Part shown: positions 38,638-47,422 of the stretch, piece after piece
Layout of the letters: each line of letters opens with the position of its first letter
Numbering within the stretch: the first letter of the stretch is position 1
From: Candidatus Aminicenantes bacterium
GTDB taxonomy: Bacteria; Acidobacteriota; Aminicenantia; Aminicenantales; Saccharicenantaceae
Direction of reading: 5' to 3'
NCBI GenBank assembly: GCA_017999365.1
Contig: JAGNLW010000001.1
Span: forward strand, 669-64,668
Length of the DNA stretch: 64,000 nt
Program-made: the position numbers and the translations under genes
Notes under the pieces: model-generated
Database searches by the model: none
The model's input: only the letters and a program-made list of their open reading frames with translations
What the model was told of the DNA's origin: nothing

Positions 38638-39567
38638 ATGCCGCCCGACGGCGTCCTCGTCATCGACAAACCGGCCGGCCCCACCTCCCACGACGTCGTC
38701 CAGCGCGTCCGCCGGCTCCTCGACACCCCGCGCGCGGGCCACGGCGGCACGCTCGATCCGGACGCGACGGGGGTGCTCCTGGTGGCCGCCGGGCAGGCGA
38801 CCCGCTTCTTCCCGTTCCTCGCCGGCGGCCGCAAGACGTACGAGGGTCTCATCCGTCTCGGGTTCGCCACCGACACCTACGACGCCTCCGGACGGCCGCA
38901 GGGCGAAGACCGTACGGACTTGCCGGAGAGGGAGGCCATCGCCGCGGCCATGGCCGCTTTCGTCGGCGACATCCTCCAGACGCCGCCCCGGTTCTCGGCC
39001 AAGAAGCTGGCCGGCCGGCCCGTCCACCGGCTGGCCCGGGCCGGAGAGTCTTTCGAACTGGCCCCCTCCCCCGTCACCGTCTTCCGGTTCGACCTGGAGG
39101 ATTACCGGCCGCCCCTGGCGGCGTTCGAGGCCGAGTGTTCCTCCGGCACCTACATCCGCTCCCTGGCCCACGACCTCGGGGCCCGGCTCGGCTGCGGCGC
39201 CCATCTGGCCTCTCTGCGCCGCACGGCCTCCGGCCCCTTCGACCTGTCGCAGGCCGTGACTTTGGAGGCGCTCGAGCAGGCGGCCGACCGGGGCGAGGCC
39301 GCCGGCCTGCTCGTCCCCCTCGAACGCCTGCTGCCCGAGCTCCCGGCCGTCGCCGTGCGACCGGAGGCCGAAGCCCGGGTCCGGAACGGCTCGCGGCTCG
39401 AGGCCGCGCACCTGGCCGCTCCCTGGCCCGCGGCCGGCCCCTCCCCCGCCGGCGGGCCCCCTTCCGCAGGCATCGTTCGCCTGTTCTCGGCCACAGGCCG
39501 GCTCCTGGCCCTGGCCAAGCCCACGCCCGACGGCGCCGGCCTCCACCCCTTCCTGGTCCTGGCCTGA
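38638..39567 (+). CDS. truB: tRNA pseudouridine(55) synthase TruB
   Basis: Catalytic motif GHGGTLDP. Start trimmed from the long ORF to MPPDGVLVIDKP. Confidence 0.9.
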   Translation: MPPDGVLVIDKPAGPTSHDVVQRVRRLLDTPRAGHGGTLDPDATGVLLVAAGQATRFFPFLAGGRKTYEGLIRLGFATDTYDASGRPQGEDRTDLPEREAIAAAMAAFVGDILQTPPRFSAKKLAGRPVHRLARAGESFELAPSPVTVFRFDLEDYRPPLAAFEAECSSGTYIRSLAHDLGARLGCGAHLASLRRTASGPFDLSQAVTLEALEQAADRGEAAGLLVPLERLLPELPAVAVRPEAEARVRNGSRLEAAHLAAPWPAAGPSPAGGPPSAGIVRLFSATGRLLALAKPTPDGAGLHPFLVLA

Positions 39568-39630
39568 CATCCCCGGGCCGGAGCCGGCGACGCTCCCCTC
39601 GGAGCCTCGTCGCGAACCGGGAAAAGAGCC

Positions 39631-39659
39631 TTGAATTTTGGCCCCGGGTGGTGTAAAGT
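39631..39659 (+). promoter_or_regulatory. Putative sigma-70 promoter (TTGAAT-17-TAAAGT) of the DUF507-like gene pair
   Basis: Hexamers with a 17-nt spacer, 10 nt upstream of the ATG at 39669. Confidence 0.45.
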
Positions 39660-39668
39660 AGCGGGGTT

Positions 39669-39947
39669 ATGCGGCTGAACAAGAACCAGCTCGAGCACCT
39701 CGCTTCGGCGATCCTGCGCAACCTGTCCAAGGAAGGCAAGCTCATCGTCGAGGACCGGAGCCGTCTGCTCGAGGAGATCACCAACCTCCTGTTCGAGGAG
39801 TTCCAGAAGGAGGACCGCCTCGACCAGGAGGTCCGCGAGCTCCTCAGCAAGCACATGGAGAAGATCCGCCGCGAGAACATCGAGTACCAGCAGATGTTCA
39901 AAGAGGTCAAGAAGAAGCTGGCCCGCGAGAAGGGGATCGTGCTGTGA
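39669..39947 (+). CDS. Small charged alpha-helical protein, DUF507-like (function unknown)
   Basis: 92 aa, K/E/R-rich helical. GTGA overlap with the paralog-like downstream gene. Confidence 0.5.
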   Translation: MRLNKNQLEHLASAILRNLSKEGKLIVEDRSRLLEEITNLLFEEFQKEDRLDQEVRELLSKHMEKIRRENIEYQQMFKEVKKKLAREKGIVL

Positions 39948-40234
39948 GCAGCCGCCTGTCGCGGGAGAAGATCAACTACCTGTCCCGCCAGGTCCTGACC
40001 GTCCTCGAGCAGGACGAGCAGGTCGATTTCCTGGACGATCCCAACGAGATCCGCCTGGTCATCGTCAAGTCGATCGAAGAGGAGATGAAGCTCTACGAGT
40101 CCCTCGACAAGAAGGCCATCGACAAGATCCAGTCGCAGAAGAAGGCCATCGAAGAGGGGTCCCGGGAGTGGGAGATCCTCTACCGCAAGTACTACAACGA
40201 CGAGCTGGCCAAGCTCGGCAAGCTCTCCGACTGA
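39944..40234 (+). CDS. Small charged alpha-helical protein, DUF507-like (second copy; function unknown)
   Basis: 96 aa with similar composition. GTG start overlapping the upstream stop. Confidence 0.5.
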   Translation: MSSRLSREKINYLSRQVLTVLEQDEQVDFLDDPNEIRLVIVKSIEEEMKLYESLDKKAIDKIQSQKKAIEEGSREWEILYRKYYNDELAKLGKLSD

Positions 40235-40281
40235 GCCCGTCCCCCGTATCCTCCGCCGACCACCCCGTTCCCCGTCCGCCC

Positions 40282-40315
40282 AAAAAAAAGGGCCGGGGAC
40301 CTGCGTCCCCGGCCC
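40282..40315 (-). terminator. Strong rho-independent terminator (possibly bidirectional)
   Basis: Perfect 11-bp stem GGGCCGGGGAC/GTCCCCGGCCC with loop CTGC. A8 precedes it on the plus strand, giving U8 after the hairpin on the minus strand. Confidence 0.7.
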
Positions 40316-40340
40316 GTGTGAGCCGCTGTCGCGGGCGCGA

Positions 40341-41816
40341 TCAGAACAGGAACCGGAACCCGAGGCCCGCCTTGTAGTTGGAGTCGAAATCGCGGCCGAG
40401 GGGGGCGCGGAACTCCGCGAACACCTGGCCCTTGCTGGTCCACTTGTCGAAGACCTGGAAGCCCAGCTGGAAGGGGATGTCGACGCCGAACTTGTGGAGG
40501 TCGTCCTTGGGCATGGTCGCCGAGCTGACGCCGATGCCGGTGCCGATGAAGAAGCTCTGGAAGTGGCCGCTGATCAGGGCGTCGCCGGTGAAGACCAGCT
40601 TCCAGGGATCGCCCTTGAACGGGATGCCGCCGCCGGCGCTCAGGGTGAAGCTCCACTTGTCGGGCGTGATCCAGGCGAACAGGCCGGCGCGCAGGAATCC
40701 GTAGAGGGCCGTGCTGCCGCCGTAGAGCCCGAGGCCGCCGCCGACGGTCCAGAAGAGCTTCTTCTGGGTCACCTCGAAGGTCAGCCGGCAGGGATCCGAC
40801 GCGGGCGACTGGGCGCCGTCGTTGTCGAAGACGGTCGTATTGATGGTGTAGGTCCCGGCCTTGGTGAAGACCTTCTCCCAGACCCAGGGGGCCCGGGTGG
40901 TCACGCAGGTGTCGATGACGTTGCCCTGGGCGTCGAGGAGCTCGAAGACGACCTTGACGATCTTGCCGTCGGGATCGCTCGAGCCGGAGGCGTCGAAGGT
41001 GATGGGCCGGCCGACGTAGTCCTCGCAGGGCATGCAGGAGGTCCACAGCTTGCAGATGGGCGGGAAGTTGATGGAGACCTTGCCGGCGCAGGGGTTCGAC
41101 GTGGGCTCGCCGGCCATGTTATAGGCGACGCCCTTGAAGGAGTATTCGCCGGGCTTGTCGAACTTGGTCTGCCACTTGGGCGAGGCCGGGGTCAGCTCCT
41201 GGGTGGCCAGCTTCTGACCCTGCGAGTCGTAGACCTCGACGGTCATGGACTTGGCGTTCAGGGAGCCGCTCATGTCGACCGTGATGGGGTCGTTGGCGTT
41301 GGCCCGCTCGGGGACGAGGACGAGGGCGCAGACGGCCGGCTTGATGGCGTCCACGGGCGGTTTGCCGCTGAGGGCGATGTTGCCGCAGCCCTTGGGGATG
41401 ACGATCTCGTAGATCTTCCAGTCCTTCTCGATGTTGACGATGAAGACCGGCAGGGGCTCCTTGCCCGCCCACTCGATGTTGCGGGCGACCTTGACCTGGT
41501 CGTGGGACTTGAAGAGCATCCAGGGCAGGACCTCGCCGACGGGCAGGGTCGTGTCCTTCCACTCGGCCGTCTTCATCTGCTCCATGAAGGGCTGGTAGAG
41601 CTCGGGGTTGCCGGCCAGGTCGAAGCCGGTCTTGACGTCGGCCGCGTGGGCGTCGAACAGCCCCTTCATCGTGGCCGGGGTCGGGTCCTGGCCCTTGATG
41701 GTACCGAACGTGTAAAGGCCGATCCTTTTCAGCTTGGTGGTCTGCGCGAAAGATACCGCCGTCGTCACGGCCAGCGCCAGGACGACGAAACAAACGAGGG
41801 ATTTACGCCAATTCAT
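40341..41816 (-). CDS. Secreted outer-membrane protein with PKD/Ig-like repeats and C-terminal beta-barrel (terminal Phe)
   Basis: Signal peptide (start trimmed to MNWRKSLV, RBS AGGAGG). PKD-like motif DASGSSDPDGKIV. Gly-rich C-terminal strands ending FRFLF. Confidence 0.65.
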   Translation of the reverse strand: MNWRKSLVCFVVLALAVTTAVSFAQTTKLKRIGLYTFGTIKGQDPTPATMKGLFDAHAADVKTGFDLAGNPELYQPFMEQMKTAEWKDTTLPVGEVLPWMLFKSHDQVKVARNIEWAGKEPLPVFIVNIEKDWKIYEIVIPKGCGNIALSGKPPVDAIKPAVCALVLVPERANANDPITVDMSGSLNAKSMTVEVYDSQGQKLATQELTPASPKWQTKFDKPGEYSFKGVAYNMAGEPTSNPCAGKVSINFPPICKLWTSCMPCEDYVGRPITFDASGSSDPDGKIVKVVFELLDAQGNVIDTCVTTRAPWVWEKVFTKAGTYTINTTVFDNDGAQSPASDPCRLTFEVTQKKLFWTVGGGLGLYGGSTALYGFLRAGLFAWITPDKWSFTLSAGGGIPFKGDPWKLVFTGDALISGHFQSFFIGTGIGVSSATMPKDDLHKFGVDIPFQLGFQVFDKWTSKGQVFAEFRAPLGRDFDSNYKAGLGFRFLF

Positions 41817-41863
41817 GCCGATCCTCCTGATATTGATATGAGTCCGAACGAATCCCAAAGGTT

Positions 41864-41893
41864 TTTATAGCCCAAGCGGGCGGCTATTGTCAA
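41864..41893 (-). promoter_or_regulatory. Putative promoter of the PKD/beta-barrel OMP gene (TTGACA-18-TATAAA)
   Basis: Read on the minus strand: cttgataaagcTTGACAatagccgcccgcttgggcTATAAA. Confidence 0.45.
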
Positions 41894-41923
41894 GCTTTAT
41901 CAAGGGTTTCCCGGGTCCCGCGG

Positions 41924-42619
41924 TCAGAGTCCGAGGAAGCCCCGGACGACCCGGTGGATGAGACCGCTGTCCCGGGGCGCCCGGGCCAGGGCGGCCAGGC
42001 AGGCCTCCCCGCCCCCGCGGGCGCCGCGGGCGGCGAAGTCACGGAGCGTCCGCAGGCCGTCCGGGACGTCGATCTCCGGGTGGCTCTGGATGCCCCAGAC
42101 GAGCCCGTCCCCCGTCCGGAAGGCCTGGACGGGGCAGGCCTCCGTCGAAGCCAGGACCTCGAACTCCGGGGGCAGGCCGCGGACCTCGTCGAAATGGACC
42201 GAGAAGACGTGGTGGACGGTCCCGGCCGGGCCGAGCAGGGCGCTCTCGCGGCCGGCCCGGACGGCGATCCAGCCGATCTCGGGGGACGGGCATCGCCCGA
42301 CGCACCCCGGACCAGCCAAGGCGTAGGCGATGAGCTGATGGCCCCAACAGCTGCCGAGGACGGCCGTCCCGCCGGCGACGGCGGCCCGGACGAGAGCGGC
42401 CTCGGCCTCGACCCAGGGCTCGCGCTCCAGGATCGAGGCCTCCGAGCCGGTCAGGATGAGATGGCTGAACCCGGCCGGATCGGGGAGCTCCCCTTCCCGC
42501 GCGATGAAGGCCCGCCAGGGGACGTCGAGATAGCGGCTCCAGTGCCCGACCGGAGCGTAGATCTCCGGCTCGATGGAATTGTCGACGATGGCCACTGAGA
42601 TCCGTTCGCGTCGCGGCAT
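41924..42619 (-). CDS. Class I glutamine amidotransferase-like protein
   Basis: GATase1 motif GSCWGHQL with His/Glu. Start trimmed to MPRRERISVAIV. Confidence 0.75.
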   Translation of the reverse strand: MPRRERISVAIVDNSIEPEIYAPVGHWSRYLDVPWRAFIAREGELPDPAGFSHLILTGSEASILEREPWVEAEAALVRAAVAGGTAVLGSCWGHQLIAYALAGPGCVGRCPSPEIGWIAVRAGRESALLGPAGTVHHVFSVHFDEVRGLPPEFEVLASTEACPVQAFRTGDGLVWGIQSHPEIDVPDGLRTLRDFAARGARGGGEACLAALARAPRDSGLIHRVVRGFLGL

Positions 42620-42629
42620 GGCGCCCTCC

Positions 42630-42701
42630 GTCGCCCCATTATACGGGCCGGCCGGCAAATGGCAAGGCGCCTTGCCGCCGTCCGCGGGATTCTGGTATAA
42701 T
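42630..42701. promoter_or_regulatory. Back-to-back divergent near-consensus promoters around a 16-bp perfect palindrome GGCAAGGCGCCTTGCC (42661..42676)
   Basis: Plus strand: TTGCCG-18-TATAAT with a TGn extension, for the ACT gene. Minus strand: TTGCCA-16-TATAAT, for the GATase gene. The palindrome overlaps the -35 of the plus-strand promoter. Confidence 0.5.
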
Positions 42702-42724
42702 GCGCTGCCGATAGGAGAACGACC

Positions 42725-43120
42725 GTGACATCCGTGAGCGAAGACACCGAACTGACCGTGACCACTCCGGACGAGCCCGGCATCTTCGGGCGCGTCCTCG
42801 GGACCCTGGCCAACGCGGGGGTCAACGTCCGGGCCTTCTACGTCTATTCCGAGGCCGACCGGGGCCACTTCCATCTCGTCACGTCGGACGCCAAGAAGGC
42901 CGAGACGGCCCTGCGGACCCTGGGCTACAAGGTCAAGTCGAAGAAGGTCGTCACGGTCCGGGTCACCGACCGCATCGGCGCCGGGGCCGAGATCGGGGCC
43001 CTGCTCGGCAACGCGGTCATCGTCATCCACTACGCCTACGGATCGTCGTCGGGCGAGGGCAAGAGCCTGCTCGTCTTCCACACGAGCAACAACCGCAAGG
43101 CCCTCGACACCCTGAAGTGA
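42725..43120 (+). CDS. ACT domain-containing protein
   Basis: Tandem ACT-like folds. GTG start. Confidence 0.7.
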   Translation: MTSVSEDTELTVTTPDEPGIFGRVLGTLANAGVNVRAFYVYSEADRGHFHLVTSDAKKAETALRTLGYKVKSKKVVTVRVTDRIGAGAEIGALLGNAVIVIHYAYGSSSGEGKSLLVFHTSNNRKALDTLK

Positions 43121-43136
43121 GGCCGTCGAAAAGCCG

Positions 43137-43165
43137 TTGACAACTCCCCGGAGTTGTCCTAAAAT
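43137..43165 (+). promoter_or_regulatory. Consensus sigma-70 promoter of exbD (TTGACA-17-TAAAAT) with embedded 8-bp inverted repeat GACAACTC-N4-GAGTTGTC
   Basis: Perfect inverted repeat at 43139..43158, spanning the -35 and spacer. RBS AAGGAGG follows. Confidence 0.55.
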
Positions 43166-43197
43166 ATCTGCCTTAGAGTTGTATTAAGGAGGCCACC

Positions 43198-43584
43198 GTG
43201 TCCAAAGCCGAGCCCAACGTCGTTCCCCTCTGCGACGTCCTTCTCGTCCTTCTCATCATCTTCATGGTCATCACGCCCCTCGTCCAGAAGGGCATCGACG
43301 TCAAGCTGCCCGAGACGTCCGACTCCTCGAGCGGCGGCGGCCAGCCCACCGGCCTCATCGTCGTCACCCTCCAGGCCAACGACGTGGTCGAGATCAACCA
43401 GATCAAGTACGAGCTGCGCGGCCTCCTCGAAGAGCTCCGCCGCCTCTACAGCACCCGCCAGGACAAGACCATCTTCATCCGCGCCCTGGCCAAGCTGCCC
43501 TTCGCCAAGGTCATGGAGGTCATCGACATCGCCCGCGGCGCCGGGGTCGAAACGCTGGCCCTGATCCCCGAGTACATCGAGTAG
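43198..43584 (+). CDS. exbD: Biopolymer transport protein ExbD/TolR
   Basis: Single TM helix plus periplasmic ExbD fold. No ExbB/TonB/TolQ partner in the window. Confidence 0.8.
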   Translation: MSKAEPNVVPLCDVLLVLLIIFMVITPLVQKGIDVKLPETSDSSSGGGQPTGLIVVTLQANDVVEINQIKYELRGLLEELRRLYSTRQDKTIFIRALAKLPFAKVMEVIDIARGAGVETLALIPEYIE

Positions 43585-43716
43585 GCCCCGCCGGCCTCTC
43601 CCCGGGCCTCCCGGCCCGGCCTTCGTCTTTATCGATCCCCCGTTCGTCCCCGTGGCGGACGGGTCCGTTCCCGGGAAGACCGATGGGCGCCGCGCCCGCG
43701 GGACCGGCCCGCCGGG

Positions 43717-44871
43717 CTAGCGGCTCTTGATGGGCCCGATGACGTCGCGGGAGATGACCAGGCGCTGGATCTCGTTCGTCCCCTCGTAGATCTGCAGCAG
43801 CTTGGCGTCCCGGACCAGCTTCTCGACCGGGTAATCCTTCATGTAGCCGTAGCCGCCGAAGATCTGCAGGGCTTCCAGGGCGTTGCGCATGGCGACGTCG
43901 GAGCCGAGGCACTTGGCCATGGCCGATTCCTTGCCGTTGGGCTTGCCCCGGTCCATGAGCCAGGCCGCCCGCCAGACGACCAGGCGCGCGGCCTCGACAT
44001 CCATGGCCATCTGGGCGATCTTGAAGGCCGTGGCCTGGAAGGTGGCGATGGGTTTGCCGAACTGGACCCGTGTCTTGGCGTAGTCGACGGCGTGCTCCAG
44101 GGCGGCCCGGGCGATGCCGACCCCGGCCGCGCCGACGGCGGCCCGGGTCTTGTCGAAGGTCCGCATGGCCACGATGAAGCCGAGCCCCTCGCGACCGATG
44201 AGGTTGGCGGCCGGCACGCGGACGTCCTCGAAGAACAGCTCCGTCGTGTTCGAGGCCCGGTGGCCGAACTTGTCCTCGACCTTGCCGACCGTGATGCCCG
44301 GCGTGTCCCGGGGCACGGCGAAGACGCTCAGCCCGCGCGGCCCCTTTTCGGGGGCCGTGTTGGCGAAGACGACGTACAGGCTGGCCACCCCGCCGTTGGT
44401 GATGAAGCACTTGGAGCCGTTGATGACGTAGCCGTCGCCGTCCTTGCGGGCGGTCGTCTTGATGGCCGAGGTGTCCGATCCGGCCTCCCGTTCGGTCAGG
44501 CAATAGGAGGCGAAGGCCATGCCCTTGAGGAAGGGGGCGAAGAGCCGCTTCTTCTGTTCCTCGGTGCCGAACAGCAGCAGCGGCGTGAAGGCCAGCGAGT
44601 TGGCCATCATGGTCGTATACATCCCGGCGCAGCCCCAGGCCAGCTCCTCGCTGACGATGGCCGTGTCGAGGTCGCCGAGCCCGACGCCGCCGTGCTCGGC
44701 GGGCACGGTGCAGGTCAGGAAGCCGACCTCGAAGGCCTTGCGCATGACGTCTTCCGGGAAATCGTGGCCCTGGTCGTACTTGGCCGCCTTCGGCCGCATC
44801 TCGTTCGCGGCGAAGTCGTGGGCCATCTCCCGCAGGGCGATCTGGTCTTCCGTCAGCTCGAATTCGATCAC
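43717..44871 (-). CDS. Acyl-CoA dehydrogenase (short/branched-chain type)
   Basis: ACAD N-terminal, middle and C-terminal domains, with catalytic Glu near the C-terminus (YEGTNEIQ). Confidence 0.95.
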   Translation of the reverse strand: MIEFELTEDQIALREMAHDFAANEMRPKAAKYDQGHDFPEDVMRKAFEVGFLTCTVPAEHGGVGLGDLDTAIVSEELAWGCAGMYTTMMANSLAFTPLLLFGTEEQKKRLFAPFLKGMAFASYCLTEREAGSDTSAIKTTARKDGDGYVINGSKCFITNGGVASLYVVFANTAPEKGPRGLSVFAVPRDTPGITVGKVEDKFGHRASNTTELFFEDVRVPAANLIGREGLGFIVAMRTFDKTRAAVGAAGVGIARAALEHAVDYAKTRVQFGKPIATFQATAFKIAQMAMDVEAARLVVWRAAWLMDRGKPNGKESAMAKCLGSDVAMRNALEALQIFGGYGYMKDYPVEKLVRDAKLLQIYEGTNEIQRLVISRDVIGPIKSR

Positions 44872-44926
44872 GGATCACTCTCCCCGTTGGAATATGACAC
44901 GAGTCTAGCGGATGGGGCCGGAGCTG

Positions 44927-47422
44927 TCAATTTCTCAGGCGGACCTCGTCCCGGCGGACGAGGAACTCGGGGTGCTCGGCCCCGAAGACGGCGCCGGCGA
45001 TGTCCTGGGCCCGGATGCCACGGGCCGGGACCGGCGGCAGGAGGAGGACGAGCCGCCGGCCGGCCAGCCGGTAGCCGATCTTGTCCCCCGCCCCGCTCGC
45101 TTCTTTGAAAGCCTCGAGGGCGGCCCTCAGTTCCTTGGCGCCCGGCCGCCGTCCCAGGTCCGGATCGGCCCGGTCGACCGAGTAGACCAGGCCCTCCGTG
45201 GCGTTGGCCAGGGACGGCGCCCCGGCCGGGACGGCCTCGAGCCTGGAGAAACGGATGCCGGGCGGCACGGCCCGGTTGATCCGGGCCAGGAAGTCCGCCG
45301 CCTCGAGCCGCCGCGGCGAACGGAACTCCAGGACCTCCCGCAGCGCTTCCATCCCCAGCGGCAGGGCCGGGCCGTAGGCGAAGTCCATCTTCGGGTGGAA
45401 GCCCTCCGTCTTGCGGACCTCGATCCCGGCCCGGCGGAAGCTCCTCTGGAGGACGTGGATGAGATCGATGTGGGAGAGGTAGCGGGCCTTGCCCCGCTTG
45501 GCGTAGATGGCCCGGTAGCGCACGATCTCCGGCGAGGGCTCGCCCGCCGGGCCCGGCGGGGGCGGGACGGGCCTGATCCGGGCCGGACGGGCCGGTTTCT
45601 TCCAGGCCCGGCTGTCGCAGCCCCCGCAGACGCCGCAGGAGCGCTCCTCGCAGGACGGCGTCCGTTCGGCCCGCAGGGCGGCCGCCAGCTCACGCGCCAG
45701 GTGGGACTTGCGGATCCCGGTGTCGGCGACGTCCCACGGCAGGGGCGCGTCCACGGGCAGGGGGCCGAGGTAGTCGCGGCGGTCGATCCCGGCGGCTTCG
45801 AAAGCGCCCTGCCAGGCCGCCGGATCGAGCTTGTCGTCCCAACCGTCGAACCGGGCCCCCCGGCGCCAGGCCTCGAGCAGCACGCGTCCGAGCCGCCTGT
45901 CGCCCCGGGAGAAGACGGCCTCGAGAAGCGACATGGCCAGCGGATGGGTCTTGACCTCGACGCCGCGCCAGCGCCGCAGCTCGGCGCGCAGGGTGGCCTG
46001 TTTGGCGGCCAGCGCCGCCTCGTCGTCCATGCCCAGCCACTGGAACGGCGTGTGGGGCTTGGGGATGAACGAGGACACCGAGACGTGGATCCGCGGTGTC
46101 GACCGGAGGATCGACCGGCCGAGGCCGGAAGCGTCCCCGACCAGCCGGACGATGCCGGCCAGGTCCTCGTCGGTCTCGGTGGGCAGCCCGACCATGAAGT
46201 AGAGCTTGACCAGCTTCCAGCCGCCCTCGAAGGCGAAGGTCAGGGCGTCGCGGATCTCGGCCTCGTCGAGCTTCTTGTTGATGACGGCGCGCAGCCGTTC
46301 GGTGCCGGCCTCGGGCACGAGCGTGAATCCCGTCTTGCGGACCCTGAGGATCTGCGACACCAGGTCCCTCGACAGCCGGCCCGGCCGCAGCGAGGACAGG
46401 GACAGGGAGATCTTCTCGCGGTCGAGCTCCTCCATGAGCCGGCCGACCATCTCCCCGAGGCGGGGATGGTCGCCGACCGACAGGGCCGAGAGCGAAGCGT
46501 CCTCGTAGCCCGTCTGGCGCAGGCTGCGGACGGCCGTGCGGTGGACGGTCCCGGCGTCCTTGGGGCGGTGCGGGAAATAGAGGCTGGCGGCCTGGCAGAA
46601 CCGGCAGTTCTGGGGACAGCCCCGGGCGGCCTCGACGGCGACGCGGTCGAAGACGACACGGAGGTTCGGCACGACGATCCGCTCCGGGAAGAATGAGCGG
46701 GCGAAATCCCGGGCCAGCCGCTTGCGGACCGACGGCGGGGCGGCCGGGTCGGCGGGCCTGGGGACGGCCAGGCGCGATCCCTCCCGGGGCTCCGCGGTGT
46801 AGAGCGAAGGCACGTAGACGCCGGGGATCCGGGCCAGCTCGCGCAACCGCTCGCGCCGGGCGACGCCGCGCCGTCCGAGGTCGGCCGCGGCCCGGACGAT
46901 GTCCAGGAAGCCTTCCTCGCCGTCGCCCAGGAAGACGAGGTCGAAGAAGTCGGCGACCGGCTCGGGATTGAAAGCCGCCGGCCCGCCGGCGACGACGAGC
47001 GGGTCCGCCTCTCCCCTGTCGGCCGAGGCCGGCGGGATGCCGCCGAGGTCGAGGACGGTCAGGACGTTGCTGAAGTTGAGCTCGTAGAGGAGCGAGAACC
47101 CGACGATGTCGAACTCCCGGAGCGGCCGGCCCGTCTCGAGGCTGGCCAGGGGCAGGCCGGCCGCGCGCAGCTCGCGTTCCAGGTCGGGCCAGGGGGCGTA
47201 GACGCGCTCGGCCAGGACGTCCGGGGCCCGGTTGAGCAGCCCGTAGAGGATCTTCTGTCCCAGGTAGGACATGCCGATCTCGTAGACGTCGGGAAAGGCC
47301 AGGACGACCTTGGACCGGACCCGGCCCGGATCCTTGCGGACCTCGTTCCACTCGCCGCCGACGTAGCGCCCCGGTTTCTCGACCCGGGCCAGGACGCGGG
47401 CGAGCGGGTCCCGCTCAGACAT
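44927..47422 (-). CDS. B12-binding-domain radical SAM protein (TIGR03960-like) fused to radical-SAM-linked DUF2344 (TIGR03936-like) domain
   Basis: CPQNCRFC radical SAM motif. N-terminal B12-binding-like region. C-terminal DUF2344-like region (ARYLSHIDL...). Confidence 0.8.
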   Translation of the reverse strand: MSERDPLARVLARVEKPGRYVGGEWNEVRKDPGRVRSKVVLAFPDVYEIGMSYLGQKILYGLLNRAPDVLAERVYAPWPDLERELRAAGLPLASLETGRPLREFDIVGFSLLYELNFSNVLTVLDLGGIPPASADRGEADPLVVAGGPAAFNPEPVADFFDLVFLGDGEEGFLDIVRAAADLGRRGVARRERLRELARIPGVYVPSLYTAEPREGSRLAVPRPADPAAPPSVRKRLARDFARSFFPERIVVPNLRVVFDRVAVEAARGCPQNCRFCQAASLYFPHRPKDAGTVHRTAVRSLRQTGYEDASLSALSVGDHPRLGEMVGRLMEELDREKISLSLSSLRPGRLSRDLVSQILRVRKTGFTLVPEAGTERLRAVINKKLDEAEIRDALTFAFEGGWKLVKLYFMVGLPTETDEDLAGIVRLVGDASGLGRSILRSTPRIHVSVSSFIPKPHTPFQWLGMDDEAALAAKQATLRAELRRWRGVEVKTHPLAMSLLEAVFSRGDRRLGRVLLEAWRRGARFDGWDDKLDPAAWQGAFEAAGIDRRDYLGPLPVDAPLPWDVADTGIRKSHLARELAAALRAERTPSCEERSCGVCGGCDSRAWKKPARPARIRPVPPPPGPAGEPSPEIVRYRAIYAKRGKARYLSHIDLIHVLQRSFRRAGIEVRKTEGFHPKMDFAYGPALPLGMEALREVLEFRSPRRLEAADFLARINRAVPPGIRFSRLEAVPAGAPSLANATEGLVYSVDRADPDLGRRPGAKELRAALEAFKEASGAGDKIGYRLAGRRLVLLLPPVPARGIRAQDIAGAVFGAEHPEFLVRRDEVRLRN

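Noticed and set aside
39568-39630. Terminator after truB
   Set aside because: No convincing stem-loop with a U-tract.
43585-43716. Terminator between the convergent exbD and acyl-CoA dehydrogenase genes
   Set aside because: Only a weak hairpin CCGGGCC-tccc-GGCCCGG with no U-tract. Too uncertain to call.
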